From the IMG/VR virus record IMGVR_UViG_3300044976_000016, positions 1 to 40,971 of that record: a stretch of DNA of 40,971 nucleotides; one strand, given 5' to 3'. Numbering within the stretch: the stretch's first letter is position 1; the number at the start of each line of letters is the position of its first letter. The position numbers and the translations under genes were made by a program. The notes under the pieces are model-generated. The model did no database searches, was not told the DNA's origin, and saw only the letters and a program-made list of their open reading frames with translations. Shown here one piece after another: positions 32,651 to 40,971 of this stretch. Source of the stretch: a virus (lineage: Duplodnaviria > Caudoviricetes).

Positions 32651-33573
32651 TTACTGATCGCATCGACGCCATTACGCTGATTCCGCCGTCGCATCGGTCT
32701 GAAGTTTGTCCATCCCCTAAGTCGGTCAAAATCGAGTTGACTGCAACCTGCAATTACTCGTGCTCTTTCTGCGTCAAATCGCTCCGAAAGGACGATGGGC
32801 ACATGGACCGGGCTTTGTATAGCCGGATCATTCGGGAACTGCGGCAATCCGGCGTTGAGGAACTAGGCGTTTTCTACATCGGCGAGTCGTTTACCTGCAA
32901 ATGGCTCCCGGATGCGATTGCCGAGGCCAAGGAAGTCGGATTCCCGTATGTGTTCCTGACGACCAACGGCAGCGCGGCGACGCCGGCCCGTGTGCGTGCG
33001 TGCATGGAAGCGGGGCTCGACAGCCTGAAGTTCTCGATCAACTTCGACACGCCCGAGCAGCTTGCCGCGGTCGCGCAGGTGTCGCCGACCTACTGGCGCA
33101 AGGCCATCGACAACCTCAAGGCCGCGCGCGAAATCAGGGACGACGGTCAGTATCAGTGCGGCCTGTACGCATCGTCGATCCAGTTCGACGGCGAACAGGG
33201 CGAGCGCATGCGCGCCGTCATCGAAGAGATTCGGCCCTTCGTGGACGAGTCGTATTTTCTTCCTCTTTATGGCATGAGCGGGGCAAGCAAGGCAGCGGGC
33301 TGGAAGCCACAGCCCGGGAATCCTGGCCGGCTCGATGCCATGCGCGACCCGCTGCCATGCTGGGCCGCCTTCACCGAGGGGCACGTTACCAAGGATGGGC
33401 TTTTGGCCGCATGCTGCTTCGGTACGGGGTCTGATGGCGACCTCATCATGGCCGACCTGAAGCAGGTCAGCTTCATGGAAGGCTGGAACTCGCTGGCGTA
33501 CCGGAGCCTGCGCAGGGCTCACCTGAAGCGCGATGTCTCGAAGACCGCGTGCGCGGGGTGTGCTGCGGCATGA
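32647..33573 (+). CDS. Radical SAM protein with SPASM/twitch-like C-terminus
   Basis: CNYSCSFC (CxxxCxxC), GES, TTNG, C…CC…CAGC. Confidence 0.9.
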   Translation: MITDRIDAITLIPPSHRSEVCPSPKSVKIELTATCNYSCSFCVKSLRKDDGHMDRALYSRIIRELRQSGVEELGVFYIGESFTCKWLPDAIAEAKEVGFPYVFLTTNGSAATPARVRACMEAGLDSLKFSINFDTPEQLAAVAQVSPTYWRKAIDNLKAAREIRDDGQYQCGLYASSIQFDGEQGERMRAVIEEIRPFVDESYFLPLYGMSGASKAAGWKPQPGNPGRLDAMRDPLPCWAAFTEGHVTKDGLLAACCFGTGSDGDLIMADLKQVSFMEGWNSLAYRSLRRAHLKRDVSKTACAGCAAA

Positions 33574-34358
33574 GGGTCACCTTCAAGCGGTGGTCGCCGG
33601 AACTGGCATCGACCCGATACCGCTCAATCATGCCCGAGCGGTGGCTGAGGGATCAAGGCGTCAGCGTGGGGACAGATTGGCTCGTGATCGGCAAACACGG
33701 CTGGTCGTGGCCGCAGGAAACCGAGGGCTTCGCTCGGGTCTGCTTCGACGTGTGCGACGACCATTTCGACTCCGAGAAGTGGGGCAGTCACTATCACGTC
33801 GGTTGTCGGGAAGCCGCCATCGTGACCTGCAACAGCCCGGAAATGGCGCGCGTCATCAAGGCGCAGACCGGCAAAGAGGCTGTCGTGATTCCGGATCCCT
33901 ACGAACAGCCGGAGATGGACCCGCGAATCTCCGACCGGCTGCTGTGGTTCGGGCACGGATCAAACCTGCCAGATTTGCTGCCGTGGCTGCCGAAGATTGG
34001 CGAGGTTGAGATTGTCTCGAACATCGCCAATCACCGGGTTACACCGTGGACGCACGCCAACATGGACGCTGCGTTTTCTCGGTCTGGCCTGGTGGTGATC
34101 CCCACTGGCAAAAGCATGGCGAAGTCGGGCAACCGGGCGATTGAGTCACTGCGCAGGGGCCTGTTCCCCGTGTGCGGATTCCTGCCCGCCTATGCCGACC
34201 TCGGGGTTTGGATAGGTGACATCGCTGACGGGGTGGATTGGGCGCTGAATCACCGTGGCGAGGCCATGAAGCGCATCAAGGCGTCGCAGGACTACATCAG
34301 GCATCAGTACAGCATCGACCGGATCGGAAGTCTATGGCTCCGCGCGCTTCGCCAGTAG
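33570..34358 (+). CDS. Putative glycosyltransferase-like protein
   Basis: AS.RYR…FDVCDDHF…VIPDPYE…LWFGH..N…KS.NR GT-B-like pattern. Confidence 0.6.
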   Translation: MRVTFKRWSPELASTRYRSIMPERWLRDQGVSVGTDWLVIGKHGWSWPQETEGFARVCFDVCDDHFDSEKWGSHYHVGCREAAIVTCNSPEMARVIKAQTGKEAVVIPDPYEQPEMDPRISDRLLWFGHGSNLPDLLPWLPKIGEVEIVSNIANHRVTPWTHANMDAAFSRSGLVVIPTGKSMAKSGNRAIESLRRGLFPVCGFLPAYADLGVWIGDIADGVDWALNHRGEAMKRIKASQDYIRHQYSIDRIGSLWLRALRQ

Positions 34359-34529
34359 CTCGATCTGTTCAGGAATGGTTCGCATTCCAAACATGGAAGC
34401 CAGATATTCGGCCAGGTCCATCATCCGCCCGTCTGTCCGCAGCGACGCTGGCAGTGGCACGCCGTAGCAGGCATGCAGCAAGAGGTCAACGATCCCCTCG
34501 GCTTCGTGCCGCGATAGGTCGATCTTCAT
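34332..34529 (-). CDS. Putative small antisense gene (MKIDLSRHEAEGIVDLL…)
   Basis: 65-aa ORF spanning the only gap in the late operon here. Confidence 0.4.
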   Translation of the reverse strand: MKIDLSRHEAEGIVDLLLHACYGVPLPASLRTDGRMMDLAEYLASMFGMRTIPEQIELLAKRAEP

Positions 34530-34536
34530 GACGGAC

Positions 34537-35052
34537 ATGGTACGCCTGAATCTCGGCTGTGGGAACAAGATTCTGCCCGGCTGGGTGAATGTCGATGTGG
34601 CTTCAAAGCGGCAACCGCCGGATGTCATTGCAGACGTTACCAAACCGCTCCCATTCGCGGATAATCACGCTGACGCGATTCAGGCGATCCACCTAATCGA
34701 GCACATGAACCGCTGGGACGTTCACGACATCCTGACCGACTGGTTCCGTGTACTGAAGCCGGGCGGACAACTTGTGCTTGATATGCCGTGCCTGGACAAG
34801 ATCATGAGGATGTATGCCCACTGCCTCATTGATGGCAAGACGTTGGATTGGCGATTGTGCGTCATGGGGCTGTTTGGCGATCCTCGGCACTGCGACGAGC
34901 TGATGATGCATCGCTGGTGCTATTCGACAGCGGAAATCAAGCAAACGCTAAAGCTGGTCGGATTCGAGAAGATCGAGATATCTGAGCCGACAACGCATAT
35001 CCCATTGCGAGACATGAGGGTGACAGGATGGCGACCAACTACACCGGGCTAA
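34537..35052 (+). CDS. Class I SAM-dependent methyltransferase
   Basis: LNLGCG…NVD…LPF…IHLIEH…RVLKPGG. Confidence 0.85.
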   Translation: MVRLNLGCGNKILPGWVNVDVASKRQPPDVIADVTKPLPFADNHADAIQAIHLIEHMNRWDVHDILTDWFRVLKPGGQLVLDMPCLDKIMRMYAHCLIDGKTLDWRLCVMGLFGDPRHCDELMMHRWCYSTAEIKQTLKLVGFEKIEISEPTTHIPLRDMRVTGWRPTTPG

Positions 35053-35621
35053 AAACCGAGATTCAGGGCTTCATCGAAAGGTCTGACCTTTCGACGGTGG
35101 TCGATACGTTCATCGACCTTTGCGAGTCCGAGATGCAGCGTTCGGTGAAGATTCTGGAATTCGAGACGACGGGAACGGTGACGATCACGGACGGCGCCGG
35201 GAGTCTCCCGACAGGGTTTGTGGGGGCTCGGTCCGTGTCGTGGGAGACGAGTCCTGAAAGGCTCCTGCGGTACGTCCCGCCCGATGAGCTGTTGAAGCTG
35301 AACGCTGGCGATCCGTCAACGGTCAATTACTACACAGTTACCGGCAGCGAAATCAAGGTGGCCGACGACCAATCTGGAACGCTGAATGTCACTTACATGG
35401 CGCGTTTCACGCCGCTGTCTGACTCGGCGCCCACAAATGCAATCCTGACGAATCACCCGGCAGCGTACCTGTACGGCTCCCTTGTCCACGCGGCGGTTTA
35501 CTGCAAGGACTTCGAGGGCGCAATTGCTTATCAAGCCCTGTTCCAAAAGCAGATTGACGAGATCAACGCCGACAACAAGGACCGGAAGTACCCGGGCCAA
35601 CTGGTGCAGAGGCCGGCGTGA
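35028..35621 (+). CDS. Head-tail adaptor / tail tubular protein A-like
   Basis: NY..LK..I…RSDL…FI.L.E…LP..F…N.IL..HP..YLYGSL. Confidence 0.8.
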   Translation: MATNYTGLKTEIQGFIERSDLSTVVDTFIDLCESEMQRSVKILEFETTGTVTITDGAGSLPTGFVGARSVSWETSPERLLRYVPPDELLKLNAGDPSTVNYYTVTGSEIKVADDQSGTLNVTYMARFTPLSDSAPTNAILTNHPAAYLYGSLVHAAVYCKDFEGAIAYQALFQKQIDEINADNKDRKYPGQLVQRPA

Positions 35622-37075
35622 TCCCGCTTCTCGGCTTCCTTCCTGACGCCGACCCGGCTACCCCTGGGGCCATCATTGACTGCGTGCAGATGGTCCCTAC
35701 CGAAAGGGGGATGAAGGCCGCTCCATCGGCCGTTTCGATTTCTGGCCTAGGCGCGCTAGCGGCTGCCTGCAGGGGTGCGGCGGTGGTGCAAAAGACCGCT
35801 GGCACGCGGAGGACGCTCGCCGGGACGCAAACGCGGCTGTATGAGCTTTCTTCTGGGACGTGGGGGGCTGTCAGCGCCACATACAACGGCGGCGCGGATT
35901 CGCGGTGGATGTTTGCCCAGTTCGGGGACGTGACGCTGGCCACGAACGACGCTGATCAGATCCAGTACGCAACGGCCACGACGTTCGGCGCTGTCGCGGG
36001 AGCCCCCAAGGCTCGAATCCTCATCACGACTAAGGATTTTGCCATCGCGTTCGACACGAACGACGCGACGGCCGCAGCTACCTACGGGGACGCCCCGGAT
36101 CGGTGGTGGTGCTCGGCGTTTCAGGACTGCACGAGCTGGACGCCCAACGTTGATTTGCAGGCGGCCACAGGAAGGCTCATTGGTGGCGGTGGCGCCATCG
36201 TCGCTGCTGCGCCTCTAGGGTCTGGTGCGGTGGCCTACAAGTCACGAGAGATGTTCCTCGGGGTCTATGTCGGACCTCCCTCGGTGTTCGATTGGCAAAA
36301 GGTTCCGGGTGAGCAGGGTTGTGTAGGCCCGGATGCTGTGGTCGATATCGGGCAGGCTCACATCTTCGTCGGTGAGGACAACATATGGCTGTATGACGGG
36401 TCACGCCCGGTCCCGATTGCTCAGGGTGAAGTCCGGCAGTGGTTCCTCAACGACACGTCACCGACGTATCGTTATCGCACCATCGTCACCTATGACCGGA
36501 ACAACGGTCTGGTGTGGATTTTCTACCCGTCCACCATCAGCACGGGCGACCCTGATTCAGCGCTCGTCTATCACCTGGCCTCGAAGAAATGGGGGCGGGC
36601 CAATCGGACGATCCAAGCGGCGATGAACTACGTAACTCCGGGTGTGACGTGGGATACGCTTTCGTCGGTCGCTTCTACGTGGGACACGCTGCCCACGTCA
36701 CCGTGGGATTCTCAGGCGTGGCAGGCATCGGGTAGAGCACTTGCGATTTTCGATTCGTCCAACAACCTCAAGACGCTTACCGGGTCGGGCGAGGATTCGG
36801 GGCTGACGACCGGGTACTTTGGAGATGACGAGGCCGTTTCTTTTTGCCGTGGTGTTCGGCTTAGATTTTTCACCGAGCCGACGACTGCCACGGTGACGGG
36901 AGGAACAAAGGCCAACATCGGCGATATCGCGGCGGCCGCAGGGTCTGGTACGTTCTCAAATCACAAGTTCGACATGAGACAGTCGGGACGCTGGCACCGC
37001 TTCTCGTTCCGGTTCACAGGGAACGTCGAGGTGGGCGGCGTGCAGCCTACGCTCGTGAAGGCCGGTTCACGGTGA
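35618..37075 (+). CDS. Tail tubular / head-closure protein (P22 gp10-like)
   Basis: Beta-rich 485 aa after the adaptor; W.FAQFG, GC..PD.V motifs. Confidence 0.75.
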   Translation: MIPLLGFLPDADPATPGAIIDCVQMVPTERGMKAAPSAVSISGLGALAAACRGAAVVQKTAGTRRTLAGTQTRLYELSSGTWGAVSATYNGGADSRWMFAQFGDVTLATNDADQIQYATATTFGAVAGAPKARILITTKDFAIAFDTNDATAAATYGDAPDRWWCSAFQDCTSWTPNVDLQAATGRLIGGGGAIVAAAPLGSGAVAYKSREMFLGVYVGPPSVFDWQKVPGEQGCVGPDAVVDIGQAHIFVGEDNIWLYDGSRPVPIAQGEVRQWFLNDTSPTYRYRTIVTYDRNNGLVWIFYPSTISTGDPDSALVYHLASKKWGRANRTIQAAMNYVTPGVTWDTLSSVASTWDTLPTSPWDSQAWQASGRALAIFDSSNNLKTLTGSGEDSGLTTGYFGDDEAVSFCRGVRLRFFTEPTTATVTGGTKANIGDIAAAAGSGTFSNHKFDMRQSGRWHRFSFRFTGNVEVGGVQPTLVKAGSR

Positions 37076-37353
37076 AAGTAAACGAGGACATTCAAGTCCC
37101 GCTGTCCATCACCGGACAGGTCAGGGCCTTCTTGTTCGATACGCTGCGACTGTTTGCTCGTGCGCTGAACAGGCGTCCGATTCTGAATTCTGTTGACCGG
37201 ATTACGGTAGGGGCCGACTCTACAGATGATCTGATCGTGGACGCCAGCGCAAAAGGGGTTGTGCTCAAGTCGCCAAACGGTCATTATTGGCGCGTGTCTG
37301 TAAGCAATGCCGGGGCATTGAGCACGGCGGACCTTGGAACGGCTAAGCCGTGA
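37072..37353 (+). CDS. Small tail-associated protein
   Basis: VLKSPNG.YWR..VSN.G.L motif; coupled. Confidence 0.6.
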   Translation: MKVNEDIQVPLSITGQVRAFLFDTLRLFARALNRRPILNSVDRITVGADSTDDLIVDASAKGVVLKSPNGHYWRVSVSNAGALSTADLGTAKP

Positions 37354-37784
37354 AGATTGTTCACATTCCACCGTCACACATTGACCGGGCGTGGAATGAC
37401 GGGGCGAATAAGCTCGCGGAAGCGACAAAATGGGCCGCTAGGGAAATAACCCCGGATCAGCTTAAAATGCTGCTGTCGCGTGGCGAACGACAGTTGCTAG
37501 CCCTGCAAGAGGGCAGCGAATTCAAAGCCTGGGCGGCTGTACAGGTGCAGCAGCTTCCCAACATACGTGTTCTGCACGTTTACGCGATCTACGCGCCGGG
37601 ATCGACTGGTCCAGAAGCCTTTCAGCTTCTTGCAGATCTCGCCCGGTCGGAAGGTTGTTCATCCATCCGTGGCGCTTGCGTCGAGCAAGTTGCGAGGCTT
37701 TGGGAGCGAAAACTCCGAGCCAGGCGCCTATACAACGTGATGGAGATCGACCTTGAGCGGTGGAACCGAGACAACCCAGGTTAA
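37350..37784 (+). CDS. GNAT-fold-like tail/ejection-module protein
   Basis: Position before the ejection genes; A…GC..I.G…ARLW pattern. Confidence 0.55.
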   Translation: MKIVHIPPSHIDRAWNDGANKLAEATKWAAREITPDQLKMLLSRGERQLLALQEGSEFKAWAAVQVQQLPNIRVLHVYAIYAPGSTGPEAFQLLADLARSEGCSSIRGACVEQVARLWERKLRARRLYNVMEIDLERWNRDNPG

Positions 37785-38496
37785 CAACGTCCCGGATTGG
37801 GCGGTCCCCTATGCTCAGAATTACATGGGGTTCGCTCAACAGGTGGCGGACACCCCCTACACCCCGTACACCGGGGCGACGGTCGCGCAGCTAAACCCGT
37901 ACCAGACGGGCGCGCTCGATGCGATGGCCGCGAGGGCCTATCAGGGCTCTCCCGTCAGCGATGCCGCGTCGAGCGAGCTGACCAAGACTCTCCAAGGCGG
38001 CTACCTCGGCGACAACCCGTACCTGAGCGGCCAGATTGATCTGGCGAGCCGGGACGTGATGCGCAACATGGACGCGCTGAACGCTCGTTCTGGGTCGTTC
38101 GGCAACTCCGGTATCCAGCAAGCGACTGCCAGAGGCATCGGTGACATCGCCACGACGATGAGGGGGAATGCGTACAACGCCGAGCGCGGCCGGATGATGG
38201 CCGGTGTTGGGATGGCCCCGCAGATTGCAAATCAGGACTACACCGACGCGCAGCAACTTCTGAACGCCGGGCAGGCATATCAGGGCCAGGAGCAAGCCAA
38301 CCTGGGGGACACCTACAGACGGTTTACCGAGGCGCGTGACTACCCACAGCAGCAGCTTGCCACGATGGGCAAGGGCCTTGGGATCAACCTGGGGTCTAGC
38401 ACCACTGGGCCGGGCGCGAACCCGTGGGCGCAGGCTATCGGCACCGGGCTGGCTCTCTATGGCGGGTATAGGGGCGGCGCTGGGGGCGGCAAATGA
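37753..38496 (+). CDS. DNA ejection/pilot protein (gp7-like)
   Basis: MSGGTETTQ..VPDWA.PY…Y.G..VA…NPYL…GSFGNS; Gln/Gly-rich. Confidence 0.7.
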   Translation: MSGGTETTQVNNVPDWAVPYAQNYMGFAQQVADTPYTPYTGATVAQLNPYQTGALDAMAARAYQGSPVSDAASSELTKTLQGGYLGDNPYLSGQIDLASRDVMRNMDALNARSGSFGNSGIQQATARGIGDIATTMRGNAYNAERGRMMAGVGMAPQIANQDYTDAQQLLNAGQAYQGQEQANLGDTYRRFTEARDYPQQQLATMGKGLGINLGSSTTGPGANPWAQAIGTGLALYGGYRGGAGGGK

Positions 38497-39215
38497 GCGG
38501 CGGCGTGCAATCGCGCAGCGCGCCGATGCAGGGCGGATATCAGAACCCGTACGGCACCCCATATCGACCGGCCGGCTACGGAAACAGCGGTATCGGGCGG
38601 TTCAACCCGATGTTCGGCAGCTTGCAGAACCCATATCAGCCTGCTGTGTTCGCGCCGCCGATTCTCGGGCCGCGCAGGACGTTTGGACCTGCTGGCGGCC
38701 CCGCTGGTGGCCTGCTTGGTCAGTCGCCCGTCCAAGGTGGCGGAGACGCCAGCGGCTCCGGGCCGACAGGCGGTCCCGGGATTGGCGCCAGCGGCAACGC
38801 CATCGGCATCGGTGGCGTTCCGGGCAGCACAGGCGTCCCTGGAAGCGTTGCAGGGGCCATTGCGGGCCTTGCGATGGGCAACCCGGCTCTAGGGGCCATC
38901 GCGGCGAATGCGATGGGCATCGGCCCAATCGGCGCGGTTCCCGGTGTGATCGGCACTGCGCCCAACATCGGAACGATTTCCGCTCCGCAGGCGGACCTGG
39001 GCATGGTTGGACAAATCGGCGGCGACACAGGATCAGGAATCGGAGGCATGGACGGGGTTGGCTCAGGCATCGGTGGAAGCGTCGGCATGGATGGAATCGG
39101 CGGCGGCATCAGCGGCATCGGCACCGGCATCGGAGAGGGCATCGGCGGCATGGACGGTATCGGCGGAATCGGCGGCTCTGCCGATGGCGGCGGTGGCGGC
39201 GGGAGCGGAAAGTAA
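38493..39215 (+). CDS. Gly-rich low-complexity protein
   Basis: GIGG/GMDG repeats; abuts both neighbours. Confidence 0.55.
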   Translation: MSGGVQSRSAPMQGGYQNPYGTPYRPAGYGNSGIGRFNPMFGSLQNPYQPAVFAPPILGPRRTFGPAGGPAGGLLGQSPVQGGGDASGSGPTGGPGIGASGNAIGIGGVPGSTGVPGSVAGAIAGLAMGNPALGAIAANAMGIGPIGAVPGVIGTAPNIGTISAPQADLGMVGQIGGDTGSGIGGMDGVGSGIGGSVGMDGIGGGISGIGTGIGEGIGGMDGIGGIGGSADGGGGGGSGK

Positions 39216-40469
39216 ATGGGCTTCTTCGACCAATTCCTGAACAGCGGCGATCCCGAAAAAGACGCTGCCACTGCTCGCGGTCTGCTAAATGCCGGCCTCG
39301 CCCTCATGCAAAGCAAGGGCAAGCTATTCCCCGCGCTGGGGCAGGCGGGGATGGTGGGCATTCAGTCTGCGGACCAGATGAGGATGCAGCAGCAGGCGCA
39401 GAAGGACGCGCTGCAAAAGCGCCAGATGACGCAGTACCAGATTGACGAGGCGAAGCGCCAGCAGGAGATTGCACAGCTCGGGCAGCAGTTCTACCGCGCG
39501 CCGAGTGCGCCGGCCGTGGACGCGACCGGTGGCATGGAAACGGCAGCCGAAGCGCCGAACAACGCGAGTGGTACTGGCGGATTCGACGTGCAGGGTTACA
39601 TCCAGGCCCTTATGGCGAAGTCTCCGATGCAGGCGCTTCAGATGCAGGCGGCGATGCAGAAAGAGGTTCCCAAGCCGTTCGAGCACGACCCGGCAAAAAA
39701 CCTTCTTGTGCCGGATGGCCGCGGCGGGGTGAAGCCGTTGATTCCGGCGCAGGCAAAGCCCGAGTTGTCGGACGACATCAAGGAGTTCAACTTCGCCTTG
39801 GCGCGCGGCGACATCAAGCCGGGGACGACCTTTACGCAATGGATGCGGGACAACAAGAAGGCCGGCGCGACGCAGGTAAGCGTGCCGGTGACGATGGACA
39901 AGACCTATGGCGGCGCCATAGCCAAGAGTCTCGCGGATCAAGACGCCGGCTACATCGAGGCGGCGCGCGCTGCTCCTGACAGGATCAGGACGGCCCGCGA
40001 CGTTAAGCGCATTCTGACCACGCAAGCGCCGATCACCGGAACAGCTGCCGAGACGCGGCTGGCTGTGCAGAAAGCGCTATCCACGGCGGGCCTGATTGAC
40101 GGCACGAACGTCACTTCGACGGAAGACCTTGCAAGTCTTTTGGCAAACCAGACCCTTGACGCCATCAAGACAAGCGGCCTTGGATCTGGCCAGGGCTTTA
40201 CCGACAAGGATCGCCAGTTCCTGCAAGACGCCAAGTCTGGCCGCATCGACCTGAACGCGGGCACTCTGCGGCGAATCGCGGACCTGAACGAAAAGGCCGC
40301 GATTGCTGCCGTTGAACGCGGCAATGCCGTAATGCGGCGCCTTCGCAAAGACCCGACCTTCTCGGGTTCTGTAGCGAATGGCTTGGAGGAAATCGCCATT
40401 CCTGACGCAGTGCGGATGCCATCAGCCGCCGACATCGAGGCGGAAGCGCGGCGCAGGGGGCTTAGGTGA
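39216..40469 (+). CDS. DNA ejection protein (gp20-like)
   Basis: MGFFD..L…GLL.AG.ALM start; Gln-rich; GFTDKD..FL. Confidence 0.7.
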   Translation: MGFFDQFLNSGDPEKDAATARGLLNAGLALMQSKGKLFPALGQAGMVGIQSADQMRMQQQAQKDALQKRQMTQYQIDEAKRQQEIAQLGQQFYRAPSAPAVDATGGMETAAEAPNNASGTGGFDVQGYIQALMAKSPMQALQMQAAMQKEVPKPFEHDPAKNLLVPDGRGGVKPLIPAQAKPELSDDIKEFNFALARGDIKPGTTFTQWMRDNKKAGATQVSVPVTMDKTYGGAIAKSLADQDAGYIEAARAAPDRIRTARDVKRILTTQAPITGTAAETRLAVQKALSTAGLIDGTNVTSTEDLASLLANQTLDAIKTSGLGSGQGFTDKDRQFLQDAKSGRIDLNAGTLRRIADLNEKAAIAAVERGNAVMRRLRKDPTFSGSVANGLEEIAIPDAVRMPSAADIEAEARRRGLR

Positions 40470-40971
40470 TGGACCTGTCCAAACTCACCGATGCGGACTT
40501 CCAGGCGCTGCGGGCCGGCAACCTGTCTGCGCTTTCTGATGCCGGTTTCTCAGAGGTGATGAAGGCGAACGCTGCATCCACGCCGAGGTCTGTAAAAGAT
40601 GACCGCGTAAGGCAGCAGATGGCGAAGGACTACGCTCCCACAGTGGGTATGTCCGCGCCTTCTCTCTTGGCTGCTGGCGCCGGCAAGGCGGTAACAGACA
40701 TTGGCCGCGCTGTTTCGCAGGCCACCGGCAACCTGACGCGCGAGCAGGTTGACGAAATCAAGCGGCGCGATGCCCCGCTGATGAACACGGCGGCGGGGCG
40801 CACTGGGTATGTCGGCGGGATTGCCGGCCCAGGACTTATTGCCTCAATGCTCCCGGGCGCAGGAACGGTGCTCGGCGCATCGGCGCTGGGCTTCACACAG
40901 GGCGCGCTGGCGCCTGTCGGGACGGGTGACGATTGGCTCAGTAACGGACTGCTAGGGATGGCGACGGGGGG
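40469..40971 (+). CDS. N-terminal part of the large ejection protein (continues to 1197 across the join)
   Basis: TGATG coupling; MDLSKLTDADFQAL…; open to the end of the window and in frame with base 1. Confidence 0.75.
   Translation, partial: MDLSKLTDADFQALRAGNLSALSDAGFSEVMKANAASTPRSVKDDRVRQQMAKDYAPTVGMSAPSLLAAGAGKAVTDIGRAVSQATGNLTREQVDEIKRRDAPLMNTAAGRTGYVGGIAGPGLIASMLPGAGTVLGASALGFTQGALAPVGTGDDWLSNGLLGMATG
40901..40971. repeat. Terminal direct repeat, copy 2
   Basis: Identical to 1-71. Confidence 0.95.

Noticed and set aside
40901-40971. 71-bp terminal repeat as a biological terminal repeat or att site
   Set aside because: It falls mid-gene with the frame continuous across the join; best explained as assembler overlap of a circular or permuted genome
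1-40971. tRNA, rRNA, IS transposase or integrase genes
   Set aside because: None recognised by eye; tRNAscan-SE and HMM searches are needed to exclude them formally

Overview
The window is an apparently complete, circularly assembled ~40.9 kb GC-rich podovirus-type phage genome: bases 1-71 equal 40901-40971, and one ejection-protein gene runs across the join. The organisation is lambdoid/P22-like. A leftward early arm (~5.9-15.3 kb, with a Rad52/Sak-like annealase) is followed by a short repressor/cro switch (~15.4-15.9 kb) and a rightward replication/nin-like region. The late region holds terS-terL-portal, head-accessory genes, scaffold and capsid, a five-gene TPR-glycosyltransferase/GT/radical-SAM/methyltransferase block, tail tube and ejection proteins, two tail fibres, small membrane genes and an ART-PolyVal-like protein. 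I can see no integrase and no endolysin. The standout feature is at 5.9-11.3 kb, where the distal early arm is built as an integron-type cassette array. It has 8 complete attC-like hairpins with canonical R''/L''/L'/R' boxes and extrahelical bases, 2 half-sites and 4 attI-like simple sites. In most cassettes the two ends are complementary over 8-13 bp, the expected footprint of IntI-type recombination. Unlike normal integrons, all cassette genes lie antisense to the attC top strand, several attC loops carry the RBS and/or start codon of the next gene, and no IntI is encoded. Protein calls come from motif recognition by eye, not database searches.
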